Assembly (NCBI GenBank): GCA_905182145.1
Contig: CAJJAN010000023.1
Span: 16,668 to 80,667, forward strand
Length of the DNA stretch: 64,000 bases
From: an uncultured Pelagibacteraceae bacterium
GTDB lineage: Bacteria > Pseudomonadota > Alphaproteobacteria > Pelagibacterales > AG-422-B15
Reading direction: 5' to 3'
Below, piece by piece: positions 20,570 through 30,610 of the stretch; position 1 is the stretch's first letter; the number at the start of each line of letters is the position of its first letter. The position numbers and the translations under genes were made by a program. The notes under the pieces were generated by a model, which saw only the letters and a list, made by a program, of their open reading frames with translations, ran no database searches and was not told the origin of the DNA.

Positions 20570-22549
20570 ATGATTAAAAAAATTCTTATCGCCAATAGAG
20601 GTGAAATTGCATGTAGAATTATAAAAACTGCAAAAAAAATGAACATTAAAACTGTTGCAGTCTATTCTGAGGCAGATAAACAAGCAGATTTTGTCAAGCT
20701 TGCTGATGAGAGTTACCTTATTGGACCATCATCACCAAATGAATCATATTTAGTAATAAAAAAAATAATTGATATAGCTAAAAAGTCTAAAAGCGACGCG
20801 ATACACCCAGGTTATGGATTTTTGTCTGAAAACTACAACTTTGTTAAAGCCCTTGAAAAAGAAAAAATAAAATTTATAGGACCAAATAAAAATGCCATTA
20901 CTAAAATGGGAGATAAAATTGAGTCAAAAAATCTAGCTACAAAATTAAAATTAAACGTCATACCTGGTCACACCGAAGCCATAAAAGATCCAAAAAAAGC
21001 AATTAAGATAGCAGAAAAAATTGGGTTTCCTGTTTTGCTTAAAGCATCGGCTGGAGGCGGTGGAAAAGGCATGAGGATAGTTGAAAATCGCAATGAACTA
21101 GAAGTAAACTTAAAGGCAGCACAAAGTGAAGCTTTGAATAGCTTTGGCGATGATAGAGTTTTTATAGAAAAATTTATCACAAATCCAAGACATATAGAAA
21201 TTCAGATACTTTGTGATAAGCATGGCAATCAGATTCATCTTGGTGAAAGAGAATGCTCGATTCAAAGAAGGTATCAAAAAGTTATAGAAGAATGCCCATC
21301 TTCTTTTGTAGATGAAAAGCTTAGAAATGAAATGGCTGAACAAGCTCTCAAACTTGCAAAAGAAGTTAAGTATGACTCAGCTGGAACAGTTGAATTTGTT
21401 GTAGATGGAGAGAAAAATTTTTATTTCTTAGAAATGAATACGCGACTTCAAGTTGAACATCCCGTTACAGAATTAGTTACAGGCGTTGATCTTGTTGAAC
21501 AAATGATTAACTGTGCTGATGGAAAAAAACTTAACTTAAAACAAAAAGATATTTCTTTAAAAGGATGGTCAGTTGAGTCAAGAATTTATGCTGAAGATCC
21601 TCTAAAAGATTTCTTGCCTTCAATCGGAAGAATTATTGAATACCATGAACCGCAACAAACGTCTTTAAATGAGGTTGTTAGAAATGATACAGGTGTTTCT
21701 TCTGGGTCTGATATTAGTATTTTTTATGATCCAATGATTTCAAAATTAGCAGTTCATGCTAGCACAAGATTAAAAGCAATTGAATCTATGATAAATGCTT
21801 TACAACAATACTATATAACAGGAGTTGATCACAATATAGCATTTTTAATTTCTACTTTAAAAAATAAAGATTTCAAAAACGGAAATATAACAACTAATTT
21901 TATTAAAAAAAATTATCCAAAGGGATACTCTCATAATTATGGTCTAAATAAATCATTGATAAATAAATTTCATCATGCGGCAATATTTATTTATAAAAAA
22001 ATAAATAAAAAAAATAATAGCTCTAATTTTTCAGTAATTTCAGAAAAAACATTATCTAATTTTAAAGTAAAACTAGATAATATTAGTGGTGATAATGCTT
22101 TAATGACTCTTACCGACAAGACCAAAGAAATAACCTTGAGCTCAAAATGGAAGATTAATCAAAAAATAATGTCTTTAAATATAGAGGATGAATTATGTTT
22201 TATTAAAGTAAATAAGATTCATAATTTTAATCAGTATTCATTAACGATTGAAGACTGTAGTTTAAAGTTAGTTGTAACACCCGATAAAAACTATGATTTA
22301 TTTGCGTACATGCCTGAAATTAAGCTCGAAGATTTATCTAAAAAGCTTATTTCTCCAATGCCAGGACTTATTAAATCAGTTGGTGTCAAAAAAGGACAAC
22401 TTGTAAAACAAGGTGAGGAATTAGTGGTTATAGAGGCTATGAAAATGGAAAATATATTAAAAAGTGAGAAAGACTGTACTGTAGATGATATTTTCATAGA
22501 GGAAAGCTCTAGTGTAAGCACTGATGAAGTCTTAATGACTTTTAAATAA
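20570..22549 (+). CDS. pccA: Propionyl-CoA carboxylase alpha (biotin carboxylase + BCCP) subunit
   Basis: 659 aa. ILIANRGEIACRII, ATP-grasp GGGGKGMR and C-terminal biotinylation motif EAMKMEN. It starts 1 nt after pccB. Confidence 0.9.
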   Translation: MIKKILIANRGEIACRIIKTAKKMNIKTVAVYSEADKQADFVKLADESYLIGPSSPNESYLVIKKIIDIAKKSKSDAIHPGYGFLSENYNFVKALEKEKIKFIGPNKNAITKMGDKIESKNLATKLKLNVIPGHTEAIKDPKKAIKIAEKIGFPVLLKASAGGGGKGMRIVENRNELEVNLKAAQSEALNSFGDDRVFIEKFITNPRHIEIQILCDKHGNQIHLGERECSIQRRYQKVIEECPSSFVDEKLRNEMAEQALKLAKEVKYDSAGTVEFVVDGEKNFYFLEMNTRLQVEHPVTELVTGVDLVEQMINCADGKKLNLKQKDISLKGWSVESRIYAEDPLKDFLPSIGRIIEYHEPQQTSLNEVVRNDTGVSSGSDISIFYDPMISKLAVHASTRLKAIESMINALQQYYITGVDHNIAFLISTLKNKDFKNGNITTNFIKKNYPKGYSHNYGLNKSLINKFHHAAIFIYKKINKKNNSSNFSVISEKTLSNFKVKLDNISGDNALMTLTDKTKEITLSSKWKINQKIMSLNIEDELCFIKVNKIHNFNQYSLTIEDCSLKLVVTPDKNYDLFAYMPEIKLEDLSKKLISPMPGLIKSVGVKKGQLVKQGEELVVIEAMKMENILKSEKDCTVDDIFIEESSSVSTDEVLMTFK

Positions 22550-22550
22550 T

Positions 22551-23627
22551 TTATTGTGCCAAGGTTTTAAGTCTGCTTTGGAGTATATCTCTATCTAAGT
22601 AACCCTGCCTAAAATATCTTTGATTTTTTATATCTTTATATTTTGATCTGCCATGCAAAACTCTATAGTTATCCATTATTATCATATCTCCAGAGGTTTG
22701 TTTAATTGTAATATTATTAACTTTACTTTTTATTAACTTCCAAAACTTACTTCTGGCTTCAGTATATTTATTTATTTCACATAAATCATCATAAGGAATA
22801 ATTTCTGTCCGATTATTGTATCGGACTTGAACAATATTATCTTCATAATCAGTCTCTATTAACGAACAATAATTTTCTAAGATTGTATCTTTATCTTTAT
22901 ATTGGAAGAAAGTTTTAAAACTTTTTAAAATATTGAACATCTCAATATTTTTGCTTTTAATTTGTTTCGCTATATTAAAGCCATCAGCCAATGTGTTTTC
23001 ACCTCCGACGTCACTATTTTTAATGCAATGAAGAAATATATAGCCTTGAGTTGGAAATCTATATGGATTATCGGTATGGTTTTCCAAAGCTCTTTCAGTC
23101 ATTGTTAAGTCGTAAGCTTTCTTAATATTCTTTATATCTGCAATATTTCCCCAATTTGTCTCTTTAATAGGACCAATATGCTTTGTTAAAGCATGTATAC
23201 CATTTTTTGTTGTGGGCATATTTTTTATTAAGCAAAAACCATACTCATCAACTGCATTTAAAACATCTTTTAATAATTTTTGGTTAAATTTTTTAAAATT
23301 ATATTGTGGTATCTTTTTTAAAGAACTGTTCCACAAAGTTTTCTTAGGGTATTCTTTTGGAGCTATAAGATCATTAATATTGTAGTTATGTTTAGAGTTA
23401 TTGCTAAAACTAATACTTAATATACTTTTATTAATTTTAAATTTATTGATTTTCAGATTTAAATCTAACTCAGCCGCTTCTATTAATAGTTGATTTGTTT
23501 GCTTGTCTCTTATAGTTATATCTGAACTGTGTTCAATTAACCATATTGGTGAAAATTTAAATATTTTATTTCTGATTTCTAATCTTAAATAATTAGTATT
23601 TTTATTTTTAACTATTGAACATTTCAT
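22551..23627 (-). CDS. Gamma-butyrobetaine / trimethyllysine dioxygenase-family Fe(II)/2-oxoglutarate oxygenase
   Basis: 358 aa. LENHTDNPY...FLHCIK...GGENTLADGFNI and GDMIIMDNYRVLHGRSKY are colinear with human BBOX1 as I recall it (FHTDYP, LLHCIK, DGFNV, DNWRLLHGRRSY). The substrate is not determinable from sequence. Confidence 0.85.
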   Translation of the reverse strand: MKCSIVKNKNTNYLRLEIRNKIFKFSPIWLIEHSSDITIRDKQTNQLLIEAAELDLNLKINKFKINKSILSISFSNNSKHNYNINDLIAPKEYPKKTLWNSSLKKIPQYNFKKFNQKLLKDVLNAVDEYGFCLIKNMPTTKNGIHALTKHIGPIKETNWGNIADIKNIKKAYDLTMTERALENHTDNPYRFPTQGYIFLHCIKNSDVGGENTLADGFNIAKQIKSKNIEMFNILKSFKTFFQYKDKDTILENYCSLIETDYEDNIVQVRYNNRTEIIPYDDLCEINKYTEARSKFWKLIKSKVNNITIKQTSGDMIIMDNYRVLHGRSKYKDIKNQRYFRQGYLDRDILQSRLKTLAQ

Positions 23628-24247
23628 ATATTTAATATTTTTATTAAATTTTCTTTAATTGCAATATCTAATTCATTCTTTGTTACATTTTTACCTAAAT
23701 CTTCAATACTGGTCACATTTTTATTGTCTAGTCCACATGGGTTAATTCCACTGTAGTGCTCTAGGTTGGGATTCCGATTAATGCTAAAACCATGATAACT
23801 TACCCAATTTTTGAATCTACATCCAATACTTGCTATTTTATAGTTTTGACTGTTTTTCTTTTTTACAAATATTCCATGATGATTTTTATTTGTTTCACCT
23901 TTAATCCCAATATCTTGAAGAATACCTATAATTGCCAACTCTAAATTAGAAATATATTTGTTTATATCTTTTTCTCTTTTATTTAAATTAATCAAAGGGT
24001 ACACAATACTTTGCCCTGGACCATGATATGTATATTTTCCACCACGCTTTGATTGATATACAGGAAATTTATCTTTATCTAATAAATCTGTAGAATTTGC
24101 AGTTAAGCCAGCTGTATATAGGGAAGGGTATTCTAATAGCCAAGTAAGATCATCTAACTGATCATTCTTAATCTTTATAATTTCTGACTCCATAAAATTA
24201 ATTGTAGAATCATAATCTTCTAAACTATTAGATATTTTCCATCTCAT
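23624..24247 (-). CDS. lipB: Octanoyltransferase (lipoyl(octanoyl) transferase)
   Basis: 207 aa. LLEYPSLYTAG...KRGGKYTYHGPGQSIVYPLINL and ASIGCRF are typical of LipB. Confidence 0.93.
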   Translation of the reverse strand: MRWKISNSLEDYDSTINFMESEIIKIKNDQLDDLTWLLEYPSLYTAGLTANSTDLLDKDKFPVYQSKRGGKYTYHGPGQSIVYPLINLNKREKDINKYISNLELAIIGILQDIGIKGETNKNHHGIFVKKKNSQNYKIASIGCRFKNWVSYHGFSINRNPNLEHYSGINPCGLDNKNVTSIEDLGKNVTKNELDIAIKENLIKILNI

Positions 24248-24264
24248 AATAATTATATTATAAT

Positions 24265-25104
24265 TTAGATTAATATATTATCAATTAAACGAATATTGTT
24301 TATTTTAGCAGCAATAAATATTCTTGATTTATTATGGGGTAAATTTGATTTTCTTAAATTGCTATCTTTTACTTCAAGGTACTCAATCTTAGAAAAACCA
24401 AGTTTAAGCATATCATCTTCCTGTTTTTTTAATACTGTAGATATTAATTGGCCTTTTTTAATCAATAATCTTGATTGTTTCAAATATTTATAAATATATT
24501 TTGCTATGTTCTTTTCTTTCTCACTAAGATATTTATTTCTAGATGATAACGCTAAACCATCTTTATTTCTAATGGTCTTACCCATTATAATTTTTGTTTT
24601 TAAGATTGTTTGTTTTACAATTCTCTCTATAAAAATATATTGCTGATAATCTTTTTCTCCAAAATAGGCAAAATCAGGATTTATAATGGATAAAAACTTT
24701 AACACTATTTCTGACACACCTAAGTAGTGGTTTGGACGAAATTTACCGCATAATTTTTTTTCTAATCCAAATGTTTTAAATGAATACTTCTGGTGAGTAT
24801 ATTCAGAAATATCTTTAGTCACTGGTGTGAAGACTAGATCAACAGATATTTTTCTCAATTTTTCTAAGTCACTCTTTAATGTTCTTGGATATTTAGAAAA
24901 ATCTTCATTTGGAGCAAATTGAGATGGGTTTACATAAATACTCACAATCACATACCGCCCTTTGTCCTTAGCAAGCTTAATTAAAGATAAATGACCTTCA
25001 TGTAATGCACCCATTGTAGGTATAAATGCTATTTTTTTTCTTAAATTAACCCTTCTTTGTTTTAGGTATTGTTCTATGGAACTTACATTTTTTTTAACTA
25101 TCAT
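24265..25104 (-). CDS. panC: Pantoate--beta-alanine ligase
   Basis: 279 aa. FIPTMGALHEGHLSLI (HxGH) and FGEKDYQQ motifs. Confidence 0.95.
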   Translation of the reverse strand: MIVKKNVSSIEQYLKQRRVNLRKKIAFIPTMGALHEGHLSLIKLAKDKGRYVIVSIYVNPSQFAPNEDFSKYPRTLKSDLEKLRKISVDLVFTPVTKDISEYTHQKYSFKTFGLEKKLCGKFRPNHYLGVSEIVLKFLSIINPDFAYFGEKDYQQYIFIERIVKQTILKTKIIMGKTIRNKDGLALSSRNKYLSEKEKNIAKYIYKYLKQSRLLIKKGQLISTVLKKQEDDMLKLGFSKIEYLEVKDSNLRKSNLPHNKSRIFIAAKINNIRLIDNILI

Positions 25105-25785
25105 TTATGGTCTTATATTCTCGAAAATTATATTATCTGCAATTAAATTAGCCTTCTTTTTTTTATCTTCATTATCAACTGTCCAAGTGATTATAGGTAA
25201 GCCCTTTTTTTTCAATCTATCAACCAAATTTGATTCAATAAATTCAATATCGCATGATACAAAATCTATGTTTAAATCTAAAATTGCTTCAAAATTATTA
25301 GTATTTGAATCTATAACTAAGCCTTTGTAAACATACGGTAAAAATTTAATCAACCATTCTACTGATTTCAAATTAAATGTTTTTAATGCTATAGGTCCTC
25401 TATACGACCGAATAATTTCTTGAATTCTTTCCTCTATAAATGGAGTAAATTTTCCTTTTATTTCTATTATTATTGGAACATGTGCACTCACAACATGTAG
25501 CATTTCATCTAATGAAATTATATTTGAATTGCTTTCATAGATTTTTAGACTTCTTAATTCATTCATTGTTAAGCTAGATATACTTTTATCTAAGTTACAA
25601 AGTCTTTTTAAATTTTCATCATGGAACACTACTACCTCATGATCTTTTGATAATACTACATCACATTCAATCGCATAATTTTCATTTACTGCTGCTAAAA
25701 ATGATTCTTTAGTATTTTCATATATGTTGTTAGCATTACTATGAAGTCCTCTATGTGCAATGGGAAGTTTATTAAGCCAATTCAT
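25105..25785 (-). CDS. Glycerophosphodiester phosphodiesterase family protein (copy 1)
   Basis: 226 aa. IAHRGL...ENTKESFLAA...IECDVVLSKDHEVVVFHDENLKR (GDPD HR...E.D...HD pattern). Confidence 0.88.
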   Translation of the reverse strand: MNWLNKLPIAHRGLHSNANNIYENTKESFLAAVNENYAIECDVVLSKDHEVVVFHDENLKRLCNLDKSISSLTMNELRSLKIYESNSNIISLDEMLHVVSAHVPIIIEIKGKFTPFIEERIQEIIRSYRGPIALKTFNLKSVEWLIKFLPYVYKGLVIDSNTNNFEAILDLNIDFVSCDIEFIESNLVDRLKKKGLPIITWTVDNEDKKKKANLIADNIIFENIRP

Positions 25786-26470
25786 TTTTTAAGTAAATAT
25801 AAATTTCTTCCCAAGTATCAGCTTTTGTAGAGATATCTTCCGGCGTTTTTATCAATCTGGCTAGTCTTTTATCAGATACATAATGTATTAATTTAACATT
25901 AGGGACTTCTTTATTTGCAGATTTTAAGTTAAATACCATATCATCTACAAAAAATACTTTATTTTTAAAATTAGATATTATTTTTTTAATTGTAGGACCC
26001 TTTGAATTAATATTTGTTATAATAGGGTAATCTAAATTATTTTTCTTAAAGCAATATATCCTATCTTGTCTCCGTTTAACTGGAATATTAGTTAATATAA
26101 TTATTTGAAAGTTAAGTTCAGCTTCAATTTTTTTTAAATTTTCAAATGCGCCGGGAACAATATTCATATCTTTAGTATTTAGGTCAAAAAAATTATCAAG
26201 ATGCTTAGTTACTTCTTCTTTAGAAATTGGTTCATCATTATCAATTTTTAATATATTGCCAAACAATGAGTAAGTAGAAAGATCAAATTTGAGTTTATGA
26301 GCTAATAGATATTTTTCAAATGATCCAAGAAAGTCTAGTATTACTTCATCTGCATCTGATATAAATAGCGGTTTATCTGGGTCTAATGATATTTCGCTTA
26401 ATTGCTTTAAGACATCTTCATGTACTGGTGGTGCTACATCTACCTTAATCTTAGCAGTACTTGATGACAT
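25772..26470 (-). CDS. HAD-superfamily hydrolase-like protein
   Basis: 232 aa. Putative HAD motif I FISDADEVILDF (DxDxV), motif II IILTN and motif IV FFVDDM. The specific function is unknown. Confidence 0.6.
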   Translation of the reverse strand: MSSSTAKIKVDVAPPVHEDVLKQLSEISLDPDKPLFISDADEVILDFLGSFEKYLLAHKLKFDLSTYSLFGNILKIDNDEPISKEEVTKHLDNFFDLNTKDMNIVPGAFENLKKIEAELNFQIIILTNIPVKRRQDRIYCFKKNNLDYPIITNINSKGPTIKKIISNFKNKVFFVDDMVFNLKSANKEVPNVKLIHYVSDKRLARLIKTPEDISTKADTWEEIYIYLKNELA

Positions 26471-26478
26471 AGATATGT

Positions 26479-27969
26479 TTACTTTAACTCAATCCATGTA
26501 AGTTTAGTTTGAGTGTACTGTCCCATAGCTTCAATTGACTTATCTCTTCCAAAGCCTGATTGTTTGTAACCTCCATGAGGTACAGACATATCTCCATCAC
26601 TCATACTATTAACTAAAACTTTACCACTTTTAATTCGCTTAGCAAGTTTATGAACTTTATTTAAATCATTAGACCAAATGATTGCATTTAAGCCATAATC
26701 AGTATCATTTGCTATTTCTAAAGCTTGATCTTCACCGTCAAAGTCAATAGCGCATAGCACTGGTCCAAAAATTTCTTCTTTGGCAATCTTCATATCATTT
26801 TTGACACCTTCAAAAATAGTCGGTGCAATATAGTAACCTCCCGACTCTTTTTTCACTTGTTGACCACCAGTAATAAGATTTGCACCTTCTGATTTTCCAT
26901 TTTCTATATAACTTAGGACTCTTGATGTTTGATTTTCATCCACCATTGATCCCATCGAAGTTTCTGGTTGAAATGGATCAGCTGGCATCCAAGGTTTACT
27001 ATATTGAACTAGTTTCTCTAAAAATTCATCTTTTACAGATTTTTCTATTAGTAGTCTTGAAGGCGCATCACATACTTGACCACTATTAAAAAACATTCCA
27101 TCAGCTGCTTGTTTTGCAGCTAAATCTAAGTCTGGTGCATCTGCAAATATTATATTTGGAGATTTTCCACCACATTCAAGAGATACTCTTTTCATATTAG
27201 AGTCTCCTGAGTATTTTAAAAATAATTTTCCAACTTCTGTAGAGCCTGTAAAGCCTAATTTATCTACATCCATATGCATACCTAAAGCTTTTCCAGCAGT
27301 TGGTCCAAATCCAGGTACGACATTAAATACACCTTCAGGTACTCCAGCTTCCATAGCAAGCTCAGAAACTTTTAATGCAGAAAGTGGAGATTGTTCAGCT
27401 GGCTTTAGAATAAAACTATTCCCTGTTGCTAATGCAGGAGCAATCTTCCAAAATGCCATTAGTAATGGGTAGTTCCATGGAGTTACTGCACCAACAACAC
27501 CTAGAGGCTCTTTGGTAATCATTGCAATAATATTATCTCTTGTAGGAGCAACGTCATCATAGATCTTATCTATAGCTTCGGCGTACCAATTTAAGCAATT
27601 TATGCAAGCTGCTATATCTCCAGTAGCCGCAGATATAGGCTTACCCATGTCCAGTGTTTCAAGGATACCAAGCTCTAGGATATTTTTTTTCATTAGGTCA
27701 GCTAATTTAAAAAGAATTTTTTTTCTTTTATTAGGTGCCATACGTGACCAGGAACCTTTTTCAAAAACAGCTCTTGCAGCTTTTACAGCATTATTAATAT
27801 CTTCAATATCGCACTCAGCAACAGAAGTTACTAATTTTCCATCAACTGGTGAGAAATCTTCAAATACCTTTCCTGATACCGAGTTTACATATTTTCCATT
27901 TATAAATGCTTGGTTTTTAATGCTAATAGAGTTTTTAGCATTTATTACTTCTTCGAAACTTAGAGCCAT
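26479..27969 (-). CDS. NAD(P)-dependent aldehyde dehydrogenase, PuuC/AldH-like
   Basis: 496 aa. FTGSTEVGK, LECGGKSP, catalytic GQVCDAPSR and EEIFGPV. End-to-end resemblance to E. coli PuuC as I recall it, including DGDMSVPHGGYKQSGFGRDKS. Confidence 0.9.
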   Translation of the reverse strand: MALSFEEVINAKNSISIKNQAFINGKYVNSVSGKVFEDFSPVDGKLVTSVAECDIEDINNAVKAARAVFEKGSWSRMAPNKRKKILFKLADLMKKNILELGILETLDMGKPISAATGDIAACINCLNWYAEAIDKIYDDVAPTRDNIIAMITKEPLGVVGAVTPWNYPLLMAFWKIAPALATGNSFILKPAEQSPLSALKVSELAMEAGVPEGVFNVVPGFGPTAGKALGMHMDVDKLGFTGSTEVGKLFLKYSGDSNMKRVSLECGGKSPNIIFADAPDLDLAAKQAADGMFFNSGQVCDAPSRLLIEKSVKDEFLEKLVQYSKPWMPADPFQPETSMGSMVDENQTSRVLSYIENGKSEGANLITGGQQVKKESGGYYIAPTIFEGVKNDMKIAKEEIFGPVLCAIDFDGEDQALEIANDTDYGLNAIIWSNDLNKVHKLAKRIKSGKVLVNSMSDGDMSVPHGGYKQSGFGRDKSIEAMGQYTQTKLTWIELK

Positions 27970-28022
27970 AATTTATCCTTAATTAAAGTAGTAACTCTAA
28001 TTTATTTTTTATTAAAACGAAG

Positions 28023-30602
28023 CTATTTTTTCTTAGATGTGGATTTTTTTATAGTTTTTTTCTTTTTCTTTTTAGGCTTTTTATCCATTTTTTTATCAAT
28101 TAACTCAATTGCTTCATCAAGGTCTATTGTTTCTGGGTCAAATGAGTCAGGAATAGTGGCATTAATAGTTTTATATTTAACATATGGACCAAACTTACCT
28201 TTCATAACCTTTATAGGTTTTCCATCGCTAGGATGATCACCCAATGTCTTAAGTTCAGAAGAGCTTTTTAATCTTCCAGGTTTTGCATTTGCAAGAAGTG
28301 TAACGGCCCTATTAATTCCTATGTCAAAAACCTCTGAACTGTCTTCAAGAGATGCATTTTTGCTATCACAAGTTAAATATCCACCATATCTTCCATAATT
28401 AACTAAAATTTCGTGACCTGACTCTGGATGATCACCTACTTTTCTTGGCAAGCTTAATAATAATTTAGCTTTTTCTAAATCAATTTCCTTAGGAGAAATA
28501 TCTTTTGGTATTGTTGCACGTTTTGGTTTTTCTTTTCCTTCCATTTCACCTAGTTGAATATAGGGACCAAACCTTCCACTTAGTAGCTTAATTTCTTTTG
28601 AGGTAATTTCATCAATTCCTAAAACAACATCATCAAATACTTCTTTAACTTTCTTGTGAGATATAGGCCTGGTAAACTTACAATCAGGATAGTTAGTACA
28701 TCCAACAAATGCACCAAATCGACTAACTTTTAAACTTAGTTCTCCACCGCATCCATTTGGACAAACACGTGTAATGGTATTATCTTCCTTATTAGTTGCA
28801 AAAATATGTGATTTCAAACTTTCGTTTAGATTATCTAAAATATTCGTTATTCTAAGCTCAGTTACTTCACTTATATTTTTTGAAAAATCTTTCCAAAATA
28901 AAGACAGAAATTCAGTCCAACTAATTTTACCAGTAGTAATATCATCGAGCTTATCTTCCATATCTGCAGTAAAATCATAATCTACATACTTATCAAAGAA
29001 TCCTTTTAAAAAAGCTGTAATTAATATTGCTCTATCTACTGGAACAAATCTATTCTTTTCAACCTCTACGTAAGCACGCATTTTCAAAACAGAAATTATA
29101 CTTGCGTAAGTTGATGGCCTTCCTATTCCTAGCTCCTCAAGTTTTTTAACCAAACTTGCTTCAGAATATCTCGGGGGAGGTAAAGTAAAGTGTTGACTAG
29201 ATTCTGGTATTTGTTTTGTCAAAATTGAATCCATGGATAGATTAGGTAGAAGTTTTTCATTATTTTCTGAGGTATCTGAAGTTTCTTCATTTGCTACAAT
29301 TTCCTTTTCTTTAAATTCTCCATAAACATTTAGAAAACCGTCAAATTTCTGAATTGAACCATTAGCTCTTAATTCTAGATTTTTATCATTTGATATTATA
29401 TCTATAGATGTTCTTTCGTATTGAGCAGAACTCATTTGGCTAGCTAGAGAACGTTTCCAAATTAAGCGATAAAGTTTATTACCATCTTCATCTAAGTATT
29501 TTTTTACTTTATCTGGTGTTATATTTACATCAGTTGGTCTAATACCTTCGTGAGCTTCTTGAGCATTTTTTGCTTTTTTACTTTTGTATGTTTTAATTTC
29601 ACTTGGTAAATATTCTGCAATAAAATTTTGTTTTAAATATTCTCTATAAGAATTAATTGCTTCTAAAGAAAGCTCTGTACTATCAGTTCTCATGTAAGTT
29701 ATAAGTCCAACAGTTTCACCGTCTATTTCAATACCTTGAAATAGTTTTTGAGCAATTTGCATTGTTCTAGATGCACCAAAACCAAATACGCCTGAAGCTT
29801 CTTGTTGTAGTGTTGAGGTAGAAAAAGGAGCATTTGAATTTCTTTGAGCTGGTTTTTTTGAAATATTCGATATTTTGAAATTTTTATTTTTAAAAGCATC
29901 AATTACTTCGTTTGCCTGATCATTATTTTTAAAGCTATGTTTTTCTACTTTATTACTATTGAAATGGGTGAGGTTTGCTTCAAATTCATCATTTTTGTCT
30001 GTGATAAACTTACATTTTATTTTCCAATATTCTTCTGGATCAAAAGATTCAATTTCTAATTCTCTTTCACATATTAACCTAAGAGCAACCGATTGAACTC
30101 TACCTGCCGACTTAGCCCCAGGAAGCTTTCGCCACAAAACTGGCGATAAATTAAAACCAACTAAGTAGTCTAAGGCTCTTCTTGCTAAATATGCCGATAC
30201 TAAGGAGTCATCTATATCTCTTGGGTTTTCAATGCCTTTAGTTACAGCTGTTTTTGTAATCTCGCTAAATACAACCCTTTTTACAATTTTATTTTTTAAG
30301 ATTTTTTTCTTTTTTAATAGCTCTAATATATGCCATGCAATTGCCTCACCTTCTCTATCTGGGTCTGTAGCTAAAAATAAAGTATCTGATTGTTCGGCTG
30401 CCTTGTAAATTTCAGATAAATTCTTTTTTGATTTATCAGATGTTTCCCATTCAAAAGCAAAATTATTCTCCGGGTCAACAGAACCATTTTTTGATGGAAG
30501 ATCTCTAACATGTCCATAACTAGCTAAAACCTTAAAGTTACTACCTAAGTAAGCATTAATCGTTTTGGCTTTAGCTGGACTTTCTACAATTACTAAATTC
30601 AT
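28023..30602 (-). CDS. topA: DNA topoisomerase I
   Basis: 859 aa. Toprim start MNLVIVESPAKAKTI, DPDREGEAIAWH and active-site region GLITYMRTDS. One C4 zinc ribbon (CPNGCGG...CTNYPDC) plus Cys-less repeats and a lysine-rich tail. Confidence 0.97.
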   Translation of the reverse strand: MNLVIVESPAKAKTINAYLGSNFKVLASYGHVRDLPSKNGSVDPENNFAFEWETSDKSKKNLSEIYKAAEQSDTLFLATDPDREGEAIAWHILELLKKKKILKNKIVKRVVFSEITKTAVTKGIENPRDIDDSLVSAYLARRALDYLVGFNLSPVLWRKLPGAKSAGRVQSVALRLICERELEIESFDPEEYWKIKCKFITDKNDEFEANLTHFNSNKVEKHSFKNNDQANEVIDAFKNKNFKISNISKKPAQRNSNAPFSTSTLQQEASGVFGFGASRTMQIAQKLFQGIEIDGETVGLITYMRTDSTELSLEAINSYREYLKQNFIAEYLPSEIKTYKSKKAKNAQEAHEGIRPTDVNITPDKVKKYLDEDGNKLYRLIWKRSLASQMSSAQYERTSIDIISNDKNLELRANGSIQKFDGFLNVYGEFKEKEIVANEETSDTSENNEKLLPNLSMDSILTKQIPESSQHFTLPPPRYSEASLVKKLEELGIGRPSTYASIISVLKMRAYVEVEKNRFVPVDRAILITAFLKGFFDKYVDYDFTADMEDKLDDITTGKISWTEFLSLFWKDFSKNISEVTELRITNILDNLNESLKSHIFATNKEDNTITRVCPNGCGGELSLKVSRFGAFVGCTNYPDCKFTRPISHKKVKEVFDDVVLGIDEITSKEIKLLSGRFGPYIQLGEMEGKEKPKRATIPKDISPKEIDLEKAKLLLSLPRKVGDHPESGHEILVNYGRYGGYLTCDSKNASLEDSSEVFDIGINRAVTLLANAKPGRLKSSSELKTLGDHPSDGKPIKVMKGKFGPYVKYKTINATIPDSFDPETIDLDEAIELIDKKMDKKPKKKKKKTIKKSTSKKK

Positions 30603-30610
30603 TTTGAACT

